Positions 11,723-22,773 of a stretch of 45,640 nucleotides of DNA are shown here, in pieces. Numbering within the stretch: position 1 is the stretch's first letter; each line of letters starts with the position of its first letter. The stretch lies in assembly GCF_001194135.2 (NCBI RefSeq), contig NC_068986.1:18513481-18559120 (forward strand), written 5' to 3'. This stretch comes from Octopus bimaculoides. Its lineage: Eukaryota. Below the pieces are notes generated by a model. The model was not told the origin of the DNA and made no database searches. It saw only the letters and a program-made list of their open reading frames with translations. The position numbers were made by a program, and so were the translations under genes.

Positions 11723-11961
11723 ATTTCTTTATTGCCCACAGGGGGCTAAACATAGAGGGGACAAACAAGGACAGCCAAAGGGATTAAGTCGATTACATCG
11801 ATTACATCGACCCAGTGCATAACTGATAGATAATTTATCGACCCCGAAAGCATGAAAGGTAAAGTCGACATCGGCGGAATTTGAACTCAGAACGTAACGA
11901 CGTACGAAATAGCGCTAAGCGTTTGGTCCGGCGTGCTAATGCTTAGCCAGTTCACCGCCTT
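11723..11961 (-). mobile_element. SINE family C (tail type 1), full length
   Basis: Reverse complement of the 20321-20550 copy, including the tail ATTTCTTTATTGCCCACAGGGGGCTAAACATAGAGGGGACAAACAAGG. Confidence 0.9.
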
Positions 11962-12282
11962 GTTACAAACAATATTGTAACAACAATCACCCTCACCGCA
12001 AATATCTCCGCCATCANNNNNNNNNNNNNNNNNNNNNNNNNNNNNNNNNNNNNNNNNNNNNNNNNNNNNNNNNNNNNNNNNNNNNNNNNNNNNNNNNNNN
12101 NNNNNNNNNNNNNNNNNNNNNNNNNNNNNNNNNNNNNNNNNNNNNNNNNNNNNNNNNNNNNNNNNNNNNNNNNNNNNNNNNNNNNNNNNNNNNNNNNNNN
12201 NNNNNNNNNNNNNNNNNNNNNNNNNNNNNNNNNNNNNNNNNNNNNNNNNNNNNNNNNNNNNNNNNNNNNNNNNNNNNNNNNN

Positions 12283-12411
12283 TTAACAGGACCAACATCA
12301 ACACTGCAATTACCACCACCACCACCACCACCACCATCATTAACAGGACCAACATCAACACTGCAATTACCACCACCACCACCACCACCACCACTACTAC
12401 TACTACTACTA
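12283..12411. repeat. 57-bp minisatellite (two visible units) with internal (CCA)n, abutting a gap
   Basis: TTAACAGGACCAACATCAACACTGCAATTA(CCA)n starts at both 12283 and 12340. Confidence 0.9.
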
Positions 12412-13089
12412 CATTTAGTACTACAGCTGGTATTGCTGCTGATAGAAACGCTGTTCCTTTTACTGATGCTATTATTAAACATATTATACGAATGCACGGA
12501 ATTATTGTTGTTATCGTTGCTGTTGCTATTATTAATATCGTTATTACTACTGTTATTATCATCGTTACATCATTATTATTAACATAATATTTATGATTAC
12601 GCTGCATTTTAGTTCTCCGTTGTAATGCAATTTTCTAAATGTATTCTTACATTCTAGCTATTTTAAAATTCAATTTAAAACAATAGTTTGCGATTCTTAA
12701 GTTTTTTTCTTTATCAATTTATTTATCCATGGTATTCAGTTCACATTCCATTTACTTATTTCTTTCTCACCATCAACAAATTATGAGTTCTGCATAGTTT
12801 TATTTTTCTGTATATTTCTAATTATTTTTCATTATATTCTATATACATTTACACATTTGAGAAACTTTATCCATTTTAAGTCTTCACGTCTGTGATTATA
12901 TCGTGTTTATTTTCACGCTTTGTTTTAACTTGATGCTCAAATTGTGTTTATTAATAAGTTATCGATTTTGATTTACAACATTTTTTTTCTCTACGTATAT
13001 CAAACTCATTCTTGAAATATTTGTAATTACACACACATGCTCTCACAGATAAACAGACGCACAAAATTTTAGCACTGTGTGTGTGTATA

Positions 13090-13132
<43 letters not shown>

Positions 13133-13790
13133 GTGTTTGTGTTTGTGTTTGTGCGTGTGTGTGTGTGTATGAGTGTGTGTTTGTGTCTTTGAATTACGCT
13201 TTTGAAATAGTTCAATACTGCAAATATTATTACATTAATATCACATACACAACATATGTAATTTGTTTAGACGTCAGGTGCTTCGCTTTTTGCTTCCAGG
13301 AAATATTTCTTTCAAGACATATCGTGTAAAAGGACTCGGTACACTTTGGAGTTAGGTGAAACGAAATCGTACCGGAAGTGAAACAAGAGCAGCGGACACC
13401 AGTATATTGCAGTATTTCGCTGCTTTTCAGTACCACGCACTCGGTATCATCTCACAAAGAAAATTTGAAATTTATATTTACTTCAGACTATTGAAGTAAA
13501 TATGAAGAGAGTTAAAACAATCTTGGGGAATTATGAGTGCATAGCGCACGTAGAGTTAATTCAAATTGGCCATTAGAAGTAATTCTATAATGTAAACATG
13601 GAATTCATATATTCAACAAAAGGCAAAGAACTGACCTATAAATATATATANNNNNNNNNNNNNNNNNNNNNNNNNNNNNNNNNNNNNNNNNNNNNNNNNN
13701 NNNNNNNNNNNNNNNNNNNNNNNNNNNNNNNNNNNNNNNNNNNNNNNNNNNNNNNNNNNNNNNNNNNNNNNNNNNNNNNNNNNNNNNNNN

Positions 13791-13805
13791 TATATATATA
13801 TATAT

Positions 13806-13848
<43 letters not shown>

Positions 13849-13850
13849 CA

Positions 13851-13920
<70 letters not shown>

Positions 13921-13958
13921 TATAGATAGATAGATAGATACATACATACATACATACA

Positions 13959-13992
<34 letters not shown>

Positions 13993-14003
13993 GATAGATA
14001 GAT
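13791..14003. repeat. Compound (TA)n/(GATA)n/(CATA)n microsatellite
   Basis: Directly visible alternating GATA and CATA blocks. Confidence 0.95.
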
Positions 14004-14807
14004 ACGTCTCTAAAATGACTAAGGGAATTAGTTAGCACAAACATTGCTATTAATAAGAGCTAAAGCAAATCATATCTACAAAAAGCACATTATCTCAATG
14101 ACTGACAATATCATTTGGTGTAGAGAATGGAGTAGGTGAACATGTTCTACATCTATTTGTAAGGAATGCAACCGAAAATTATGTAACTTTATTTTCTACC
14201 ATATATTGAGCTCCTTTATCTTCAGTCACGTTTAACATTTGTTCCCATTATATATTTTCGAAATAAAGTTCCACGAAACGGGAAGGAATTCTTACTCCAA
14301 CAAGCGAAGAGTAGTTTGTGGTCTCATGAGGTCAGTTTCTTCAAAGAAAAAGAACATGTTGTTCGTAGGTAGGAGATGGGGAAAGATCGAAGTGTATAAA
14401 TATTAACGACTCACTTTATAAATGTAGGGTTAATGCACCAAGATGAAAAGAGAAGAGGTGTGAAGCAAAATGTAAGATACACTATTAAGCGGCATTTGCA
14501 AGATAAATGAAATTGTAAAGTGCTAAGTGCAGACGTCGCATTGGAAAATAAGCAAAACAATTCATACAAGTAATCAAGTACAGTATAAGTTAGATTTCCA
14601 CGTACACTACCATTAACTAAGCAGCTTCCAGTGTGATAGCTAATCAACAACTTTAGTTAGTGAGACTTCCTTAGAAGTGTTACTAGTTATAATATACGAA
14701 GCAACAGCAGTGAAAAATAAAAATACACACAATTAGAAATGATCAGTTCTTATAGAAGATAGAACCACGCTGATATTTCGAACTCAGCAATGAATGATGT
14801 GCTACGC

Positions 14808-15103
14808 AGGGGAAGTGTCTTCTACGATAGCCTCGGACCGACCAAAGCCTTGTGAGTGGATTTGGTAGACGGAAACTGAAAGAAGCTTGTCGTATATATG
14901 TATATGTTTGTATATGTTTGTGCGTCTGTGTTCATTCTCCCTCCCACATCGCTTGACAACCGATGCTGCTGTGTTTACGTCCCTGTAACTTAGCGGTTCG
15001 GCGAAACAGAACGATAGAATAAGTACTGGGCTTACGAAGATTAAGTCTTGGGGTCGATTTGCTCGACTGAAATGACTGAAACTAGTAAAAGATTAAAAGA
15101 ATA
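14808..15103 (+). mobile_element. SINE family B, 5'-truncated
   Basis: Matches the reverse complement of 5148-5430 and ends in the AAATGACTGAAAC...AAAAGATTAAAAGAAT tail. Confidence 0.85.
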
Positions 15104-18100
15104 CATATATCTTTATTAAGAAATTATGGAGTTAGATTATTTGATATCAAGAAATAACTTGTTTTCTTGCTAACCGATGTCGCAGATGAACCAATATCAA
15201 GGCAGGAGATTCAAAAGAGGGCGGCAGTGTCGAACTACCTCCTTCACCAAAAGCCAATCACTGAATTAGCAATTAAAGAGGTCATTTCACTGGTGGTGTT
15301 CCATCATGGCCACAGCCTTAAGGCTGAAACATGTAAAAGATTAACAGAATAAAGGACTTAGCCTCGCTGTATAACAAAATATGCCTACGCTTTCCATGTT
15401 AAAAATCTTCGTTTCTGCTCTCTCTTTTAACTGTTTGAATTTTTATAACGATTTTCGCAATAACCTTGTTGAAGATTCTCTACATCAGAGAAGGAAACAA
15501 AAGAATATTCCAAATGCAACTGAAACACCCATGCCTTGTGCACTGGATAACGAGTTGATTCGGTAGTAATGTTTATTAAGGTATTCCAGCAGCAGATCAT
15601 CAAATAAATGTAGCATTTAATCTCTAGGTATTAAATCCTTCAGTGGAAATCTATTATAATATTCTAACGGTTATACTCAGTAACAAACACCGATATTTTT
15701 TGAGTGAATCGAATGAAAATATGAAAGACATTAAGGCAACAAAATAGTCATTGATATTTAAGGAGGAACAAACAAGGCTGTTCTGCTGAAATTACTACAT
15801 TCAAAATTTAATAAAAATGGCCATATTGCGCTCTTGCAGATTCATAAGAAATCGCCGCTACGCTGTACGACAGCTTTGTTTCGCAATCCGGTCATTACTT
15901 TCATATATATCACCAACCACACAAGTTTTCATGTTTGACACGTTATGATATATTCCCTAAGAGGCTTTAGAACGCCTGGATGACACATATCAGAGAATTC
16001 CTTCTTTGTCAGAAATGGCTGATCTTTTTCGGTGCAAATGTAAGGAAAGAAAGCCAGTATGTTCTCGATATATATTGTAATGAGTGCATATACACTCATT
16101 CATTTATTGAAACATATTTATTTATTTTTGCAGCCATCTGTCACTCGAATATTGATTTAGTTGTCTATTCGTTTAGGTTCTGAGTGGGAGACCCTCTACA
16201 CTATTAAACTTGACTCAACAGCTCATCTCGGATACAGCGAACAAAGATAGGGGAGGGAGAGAGAGAGAGAGAGGGGGGAGAAATTATCCATAACCGTTAC
16301 ATATTTACAGTTGCGTAGACGGGAGCCGTGTGAATGAGAATGCCTTGTTTGAAAAAATGAACAGCAGCTCGCCCTAGAAGTAAACACCACGAAACTGAGA
16401 TCATAACAAGACCATCCTAACTATATAAAATACACGCCTTCCCTCATATTATTGTTCTGTGAGTGTGTGAGTATCTGTGTGTATGTGTGTGTGTGTGTGT
16501 GATAACCTGGAATTGATTATTAGTTGTAATCCGTTTTCTTGTTTCGATTCAGGTTATTATTAGTATTGACAGATTTTATTATTTTATAGTAAATCTATAT
16601 TTTGTAATTAAAATTTCAATGGATGGCATCATGTTTTTATCTTTAGTTTACAACTACAGTTCCATCTACTTTAACACTAACCTCTTAGCAAATCGACATT
16701 GCGACGTATAGTTCATAATATTTCAATACTTGTTTATATCATAGTCGCATACAAGGCGTTTGAGATAGGAAAACACGCACAGTCAGATACGGGATTTGAT
16801 ATCTCTTTCATCTTCTTACCTTGGGCTGTCTTACAGATAAACACTCAAATTCAGAATCATCAGCCTCTATCTTGTTTGTGTTTTAGTCTCACATAATAAT
16901 AAAACGCAGACGAACAAGCACAAACAGGTTGAATAACCAATATGATTCTATTCTATTATTTTTTTTTTCTCATGTGAAGATATCACATAGATTCACACAT
17001 AATTCCTATATTGTTTCCATTGAATAAAGGAGCGCCGTAGAGAATGATTAAAGTTTTGAGTTAGAAGATAACTTTATGCTGTTTTGATCAATAGCTAAAA
17101 TCTATTTTCAAGTCACTTCACACATACATCGAATGATGTCTGAAACAATGTAGGCTCGTTCAACGATCACAAATCTCCATTTTCCCAAACAATAAAGGCT
17201 GTATATATTCTTAAAAAAGAACAGAATATTGATCTTCCCTCCATGAAATACGTTAAAAAGTTGTGCTAAACGGAGGACGTATGTTGCATTTCAACTGATG
17301 AAGGAAGTTGAATCTCACGATTTACGCCATTTACTTATGCGGTAAATATTACTTAATCATTAAATTTAGTGCATAAATTGTTAGAAATGAATTACATATC
17401 ATTTAGTGCCTAACACAATCAGAAAGCTAAAATGCTGAGAGTTTCCTTACGTGCTCTTCGACCAAATCGAAATATTAGTGAAGATTGTCTTCTCCAACAT
17501 TTAGTGAATGTAATGCCACCATAGATATATTAAAACAAAATAGAGAATGCGGAACTATAATACCAATGAAATGGCTCAATACATGTGTTTAGGAGGGCTT
17601 TGAGCTCAGCCATGTTCGATCCAGTTTGAGCCAGAGTAAATCAATTTATGCCCAAGAAGAAATATACTTCGAAAGTATTTGCTTCAAAGGGAACGTCTCT
17701 TATTCTGAATATTTTCTTATAATGATATGATATGATATAATATAAAATATTATAATATATAGAGTACCATGCTAGGAATCTAACAACAGAAAAGAAATGT
17801 AAGATATTTCACCGACCTATAATGCGACGAACAGGCTGAATCTTTGGCGCATCTTTTCGTCACCAATGCCGTTCATCCTAATAATGTTGATAATATTAAT
17901 TACTAATGAAGTACTGGGGTCGATGTAATCTGGTAATCACCCTCATAGCCTTCTACTAAAACTTGAAATAATTATTTCCAGCATGGAAGACAGTGAAACT
18001 GCGGAATCACTCGAGTATCTGTAAAATTCATTCAGCTATTTGCTGTGTTCTTTTTTTCTTTTTTGCCAAATTTAGATAAATTCAATGTTGCCTTACAACC

Positions 18101-18236
18101 CGTTAATGCTCCTAAATATTGTAACCGCTAAATACCGTTACATAACGTGTCAACTGACTACTTCCTTAAGCTGCGGGATTTTTGCGAAATTCAGAGAATA
18201 TTATTTCCACCATAAAGCATTAGATACCTACCTAAA

Positions 18237-18404
18237 GTGACGAGTTGGCGAAACCGTTAGCACGTCGGGCGAAATGATCAGCGGTATTTCGTCCATCTTT
18301 ACTGTCAGGGGTCGATTAAATAAGTACCAGTTACCCACTGGAACCGATGAATCGCCTTAATCTCTTCCTCGCAAATAGGGGGCCTTGTACTTCCAGTAGA
18401 AAAG
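18237..18404 (+). mobile_element. SINE family C (tail type 2), internally deleted
   Basis: Head CGTTAGCACGTCGGGCGAAATG, core GGGGTCGATTAAATAAGTACCAG and tail GGGGCCTTGTAC...AGTAGAAAAG. Confidence 0.8.
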
Positions 18405-18609
18405 ACTAGATTCCTACCTCAAGGAAAATATACACTGAATGTTGTGATGTTGATACATTTTCGAAAAAAATTGTAATGAAAGAAAACGTTAGTGAATGCA
18501 CCTAAGGATTGATAGCATGTCACTTGGTGATGATCATTTCTAAAGTATTTCTGAAGTACAAATGTGTATTTCTTGATTTAGTTATTCTATTTATTTTCCT
18601 TTATATTTA

Positions 18610-18862
18610 TTCAGGTGTTGCTGTTGTCAATATTAATTTTTCATTGTCTTTGCACAGCTTGTAACGCTGGAGATATACTACGATGTCAGCTGTTCACTAC
18701 CAGTGAACTAAGGTATGATTAGAGCCGCAGTTTCTGATTATAAATCACTTTTAGTCATCCATAGCCATCTTTCTTTTTCTCTGTCTTATCTTAAACATTC
18801 CTATGAAATTGTCCATGCATTCTTTTCTTTATACACCTATTTTCAGTTCCATTCATTCTCAA
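18610..18862 (-). mobile_element. R4/Dong-like (restriction-like endonuclease clade) non-LTR retrotransposon remnant
   Basis: Minus strand gives KKRMHGQFHRNV*, then after a frameshift EKERWLWMTKSDL*SETAALI. This matches the recalled post-RT 'K-x-(L/M)HGQ...W...L..ETE' motifs of R4/Dong ORFs. It abuts a (TAA)n tract. Confidence 0.65.
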
Positions 18863-18863
18863 C

Positions 18864-18871
18864 ATTATTAC

Positions 18872-18926
<55 letters not shown>

Positions 18927-18935
18927 GTAATTATA

Positions 18936-19026
<91 letters not shown>

Positions 19027-19047
19027 TTATTATTATTATTATTATTA
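18864..19047. repeat. Compound trinucleotide tract (AAT)n-(ATT)n-(ACT)n-(ATT)n
   Basis: Directly visible. It produces the poly-N/Y/I/V/S ORFs in the track. Confidence 0.95.
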
Positions 19048-20029
19048 AAGTACTTAAACCAGGTTTCATATGATAAGCGAATCATTCATTGCGGAACACT
19101 TGAAAAAAGGTGCTTATCATTCTATCCGTTAACTCTCACTCATTATTTAGCAATAAACTATACTTGATAAGTGAGCGAACAAACTCAGGCGATTGATATT
19201 GAAGTATTTTATTCATAATCAGAATGCACTCACCTCAAGGGAACAGCTAGTATAAAATCTCATTAAATTAATCATCTTACTTGCCAGTGTTTCATATCGA
19301 TTTCAATCTTAAAACGCTCCCAACAGCGATTAGTGTTATGTGCTAGATACAATATTTCCTGCCATTAGATGATACCAAACGGGATATTGTGATATCCATG
19401 GCTTTCATAGAGTATTAGTTATGCATTCCATTTTGGATTCTATGACGTTTTGTTTCATAGATTAATGGAGTTCCTGCAACACCTACTTTCTTACTAATTT
19501 CTGAATTTCTCAAAAAAAATGGCAGAGATGTGTATATGTATATATTTTTTATCTATTGTGTCAAATATGCGAGTATGAAACAAATTCATTGTCCACTTTC
19601 TGGGTCCATTGCATGCGGTTCGTTCACATTACATTCATCATGTATTTAGTTGCAAACTCTATCCAAAAGTCTCATATTTAAATTGTATGCATATAATTTA
19701 TATGATTCGGAAAGGGATATTGTTATAATGCTCAATCGTATGTATTCCGTTGATAAAAATACCGAATTTCACATCCGGCAATATTTAGTTACCATTAATT
19801 TGTTGTTTCGCATCTAATTTCGAATCAAAACTTTAGATTTGTATCAACTTAGAGTTTATGAAATAAGAAGAGATCATATGTTGGACTCAAGTAAATTCTC
19901 TGGACGTCTGATATAAACTTAACAAAATAGTGATAAATGTTTTTTTTTAAAGAAAAATGTGATATATTGATAATATTTTCGCTTTTATATATTATTTGTT
20001 AATTATTATGTAAATTGATTCTGTTTCAG

Positions 20030-20107
20030 TGGATTATGAATATGCTGGAATTTTCCACAAAATCATTCGTGTTAAGTGGATAAGAATAGGATGTTCTCAT
20101 TTGGAAG
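20030..20107 (+). CDS. Candidate 78-nt internal exon, unknown gene
   Basis: Acceptor ttgattctgtttcag| and donor GAAG|gtacgt. One open frame, phase 1 to phase 1: DYEYAGIFHKIIRVKWIRIGCSHLE. No homology recognised. Confidence 0.25.
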
Positions 20108-20320
20108 GTACGTCCTCATAAAAATGATTGTGTTTTATTTCATCATTGTTAAAGTGGAGTACGTTAAATCGACTAAATAGATTAATACGTTACAGATACT
20201 ACAATGTTGTAGCCAGTTGTCAGGTACTAAATATTATGAACTGATCATAATTAGATCACCGATTAAGTCTGTAATAAAATTCAACGAAATGAAACCTAAG
20301 GTACACCTGTAACTAATTAA

Positions 20321-20550
20321 GGCGATGAGCTGGCAGAAACGTTAGCACGCCGGCGAAATGCTTAGCAGTATTTCGTCTGCCGCTACGTTCTGAGTTCAAA
20401 TTCCGCCGAGGTCGACTTTGCCTTTCATCCTTTTGGGGTCGATTAAATAAGTACCAGTTACGCACTGGGGTCGATGTAATCGACTTAATCCGTTTGTCTG
20501 TCCTTGTTTGTCCCCTCTGTGTGTAGCCCCTTGTGGGTAGTAAAGAAATA
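20321..20550 (+). mobile_element. SINE family C (tail type 1), full length with perfect 18-bp TSD
   Basis: ACACCTGTAACTAATTAA at 20303-20320 and 20551-20568. The head contains the B-box-like GAGTTCAAATTCC. Confidence 0.95.
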
Positions 20551-20780
20551 ACACCTGTAACTAATTAATACATTAAAAAAGAGCACTGATCACCTAATTA
20601 AATTTTTCATTTATGCAACATGTCTAAACCTAGACTCTGCAGTACAATTCACTCAGACAATCAGTCACCCTTTGAAACACTTTTGTCCAATGTTATTACA
20701 AAATGACTTTGGATAAATAAAAAAAAAAAACACTAGCTGTAGTTTAGATAATGGATGCCAGTTATACATTTATGAATATA

Positions 20781-22285
20781 CTAGCAGAAATACCCGGCGT
20801 TGCCCGGGTTAAAGAGAATAATGAAATCTAAAAACGCCGTCTAGACTACGCATCATCTTTATATATAGATATGTATATACACACACGCACCCAAACACAC
20901 GTATATATATGTATATCAATATAAATATATGAAAGTCAATGAAGTTTTGTAAAAGAAGGTGATCATGTACATACTTTCTTGCTGTTGTGATTATAACACC
21001 TCATTGTAAACTATGTTCCTTGACTTCCCTTGTGGAGCATATACAAATAGGTTTTTTGTTGCTGCCCACTCTTGAGCAGCCAACATACAGNNNNNNNNNN
21101 NNNNNNNNNNNNNNNNNNNNNNNNNNNNNNNNNNNNNNNNNNNNNNNNNNNNNNNNNNNNNNNNNNNNNNNNNNNNNNNNNNNNNNNNNNNNNNNNNNNN
21201 NNNNNNNNNNNNNNNNNNNNNNNNNNNNNNNNNNNNNNNNNNNNNNNNNNNNNNNNNNNNNNNNNNNNNNNNNNNNNNNNNNNNNNNNNNNNNNNNNNNN
21301 NNNNNNNNNNNNNNNNNNNNNNNNNNNNNNNNNNNNNNNNNNNNNNNNNNNNNNNNNNNNNNNNNNNNNNNNNNNNNNNNNNNNNNNNNNNNNNNNNNNN
21401 NNNNNNNNNNNNNNNNNNNNNNNNNNNNNNNNNNNNNNNNNNNNNNNNNNNNNNNNNNNNNNNNNNNNNNNNNNNNNNNNNNNNNNNNNNNNNNNNNNNN
21501 NNNNNNNNNNNNNNNNNNNNNNNNNNNNNNNNNNNNNNNNNNNNNNNNNNNNNNNNNNNNNNNNNNNNNNNNNNNNNNNNNNNNNNNNNNNNNNNNNNNN
21601 NNNNNNNNNNNNNNNNNNNNNNNNNNNNNNNNNNNNNNNNNNNNNNNNNNNNNNNNNNNNNNNNNNNNNNNNNNNNNNNNNNNNNNNNNNNNNNNNNNNN
21701 NNNNNNNNNNNNNNNNNNNNNNNNNNNNNNNNNNNNNNNNNNNNNNNNNNNNNNNNNNNNNNNNNNNNNNNNNNNNNNNNNNNNNNNNNNNNNNNNNNNN
21801 NNNNNNNNNNNNNNNNNNNNNNNNNNNNNNNNNNNNNNNNNNNNNNNNNNNNNNNNNNNNNNNNNNNNNNNNNNNNNCTGTCTCTCTCTTTATCTCTTTC
21901 TCTCTCTGTGAAAGTATCTGTCACTACAGTATCGAAATGTGATTGTTTCAGTTAGTGGAATAGTTTCATTTTTAAAGTGAAAGTATTTGACATGAGTGTT
22001 TTTGTTTCACTTTTGACACGTGATACTTAAATAGTGGAGGAGATATTATGTTGCCGTGTGCTCGAACTCTGCAAGAAGTTAATAATTTTTTTTGACTAAA
22101 ACACAACTGGAACCCTAAGTAAGGCATGTGTAAAATTTGAATGAAATTGGTTGCGTAGTTCTCGAGTTTTAGGGATTCACACAGACAGACAGACAAACAG
22201 ACAGACATACCGACAGACAGACAGACCGACAGACAGACAGGCAGACAGACAGACAGACACACATTCTCATTTATATATATATAGA
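20781..22285 (-). mobile_element. Helitron, internally deleted, with a RepHel helicase C-terminal fragment
   Basis: Minus strand starts A|TCTATATAT at 22285 and ends CTAG|T at 20781, preceded by the hairpin CCCGG-GCAACG-CCGGG (20793-20808). 21090-20991 encodes LYVGCSRVGSNK(fs)NLFVYAPQGKSRNIVYNEVL*, a PIF1-type helicase motif VI and C-terminus. The middle lies in a gap. Confidence 0.85.
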
Positions 22286-22726
22286 TATCAAGCCTGGCTT
22301 TAGTACCACATTCTTGTCACATAGTTACAAAAGATATACTGGCAAGATACCCTCTCTCATTTACATACTTTTCTTTTGCTCTATTCGTTTTAATCTTTTA
22401 CTAATCTCAGCTATGGGATTCCGGTTAGACCGTTTGCCAAATACTGTGAAAAAACCTTCGAAATATTTAGCAAACAGTATCGATCTCAGATTTTCTTTCT
22501 CTTCTGAGAGAAACTAACATGAGTTACACCCTTCAATGGAAATTGGTGTTTATGGAAGAAGATACCACACATATTAACGCCGATTTACAGCACTATAAAC
22601 AAACAAAAGGAAAGACTAACACGTACTAACACACACTTTCTTGTTTATTCTATGAAATTGAACTGGCAAAATATTGTTCAATAGTAAATTACGAGAAAAG
22701 ACAATTCAACAGAGCACCATGCAATT

Positions 22727-22773
22727 TGATCGAACTCATGGTAGCCAAGCGAACAGTTTAACCATTCAGCCAT
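22727..22773 (-). mobile_element. tRNA-derived SINE head fragment
   Basis: Minus strand TGGCTGAATGGTTAA (A-box-like) ... GAGTTCGATC (B-box-like). Confidence 0.45.

Noticed and set aside
11952-12607. Poly-Gly, poly-Val and poly-Pro ORFs
   Set aside because: They come from the 57-bp minisatellite, trinucleotide low-complexity sequence and an N gap.
17294-17330. CTGATGAAGG hammerhead-like start (similar partial words near 8960, 11030 and 39750)
   Set aside because: No correctly placed stem II plus GAAA and cleavage triplet.
18615-18712. Plus-strand exon-like segment encoding a signal-peptide-like VLLLSILIFHCLCTAC...
   Set aside because: It lies on the antisense strand of the Dong-like remnant, and its phase 2 end would put a stop at the start of the next candidate exon.
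19234-19342. Minus-strand 13-nt microexon (19234-19246) and 62-nt exon (19281-19342) candidates
   Set aside because: The 34-nt spacer is too short for both to be used, the 13-nt one breaks frame, and neither has homology support.
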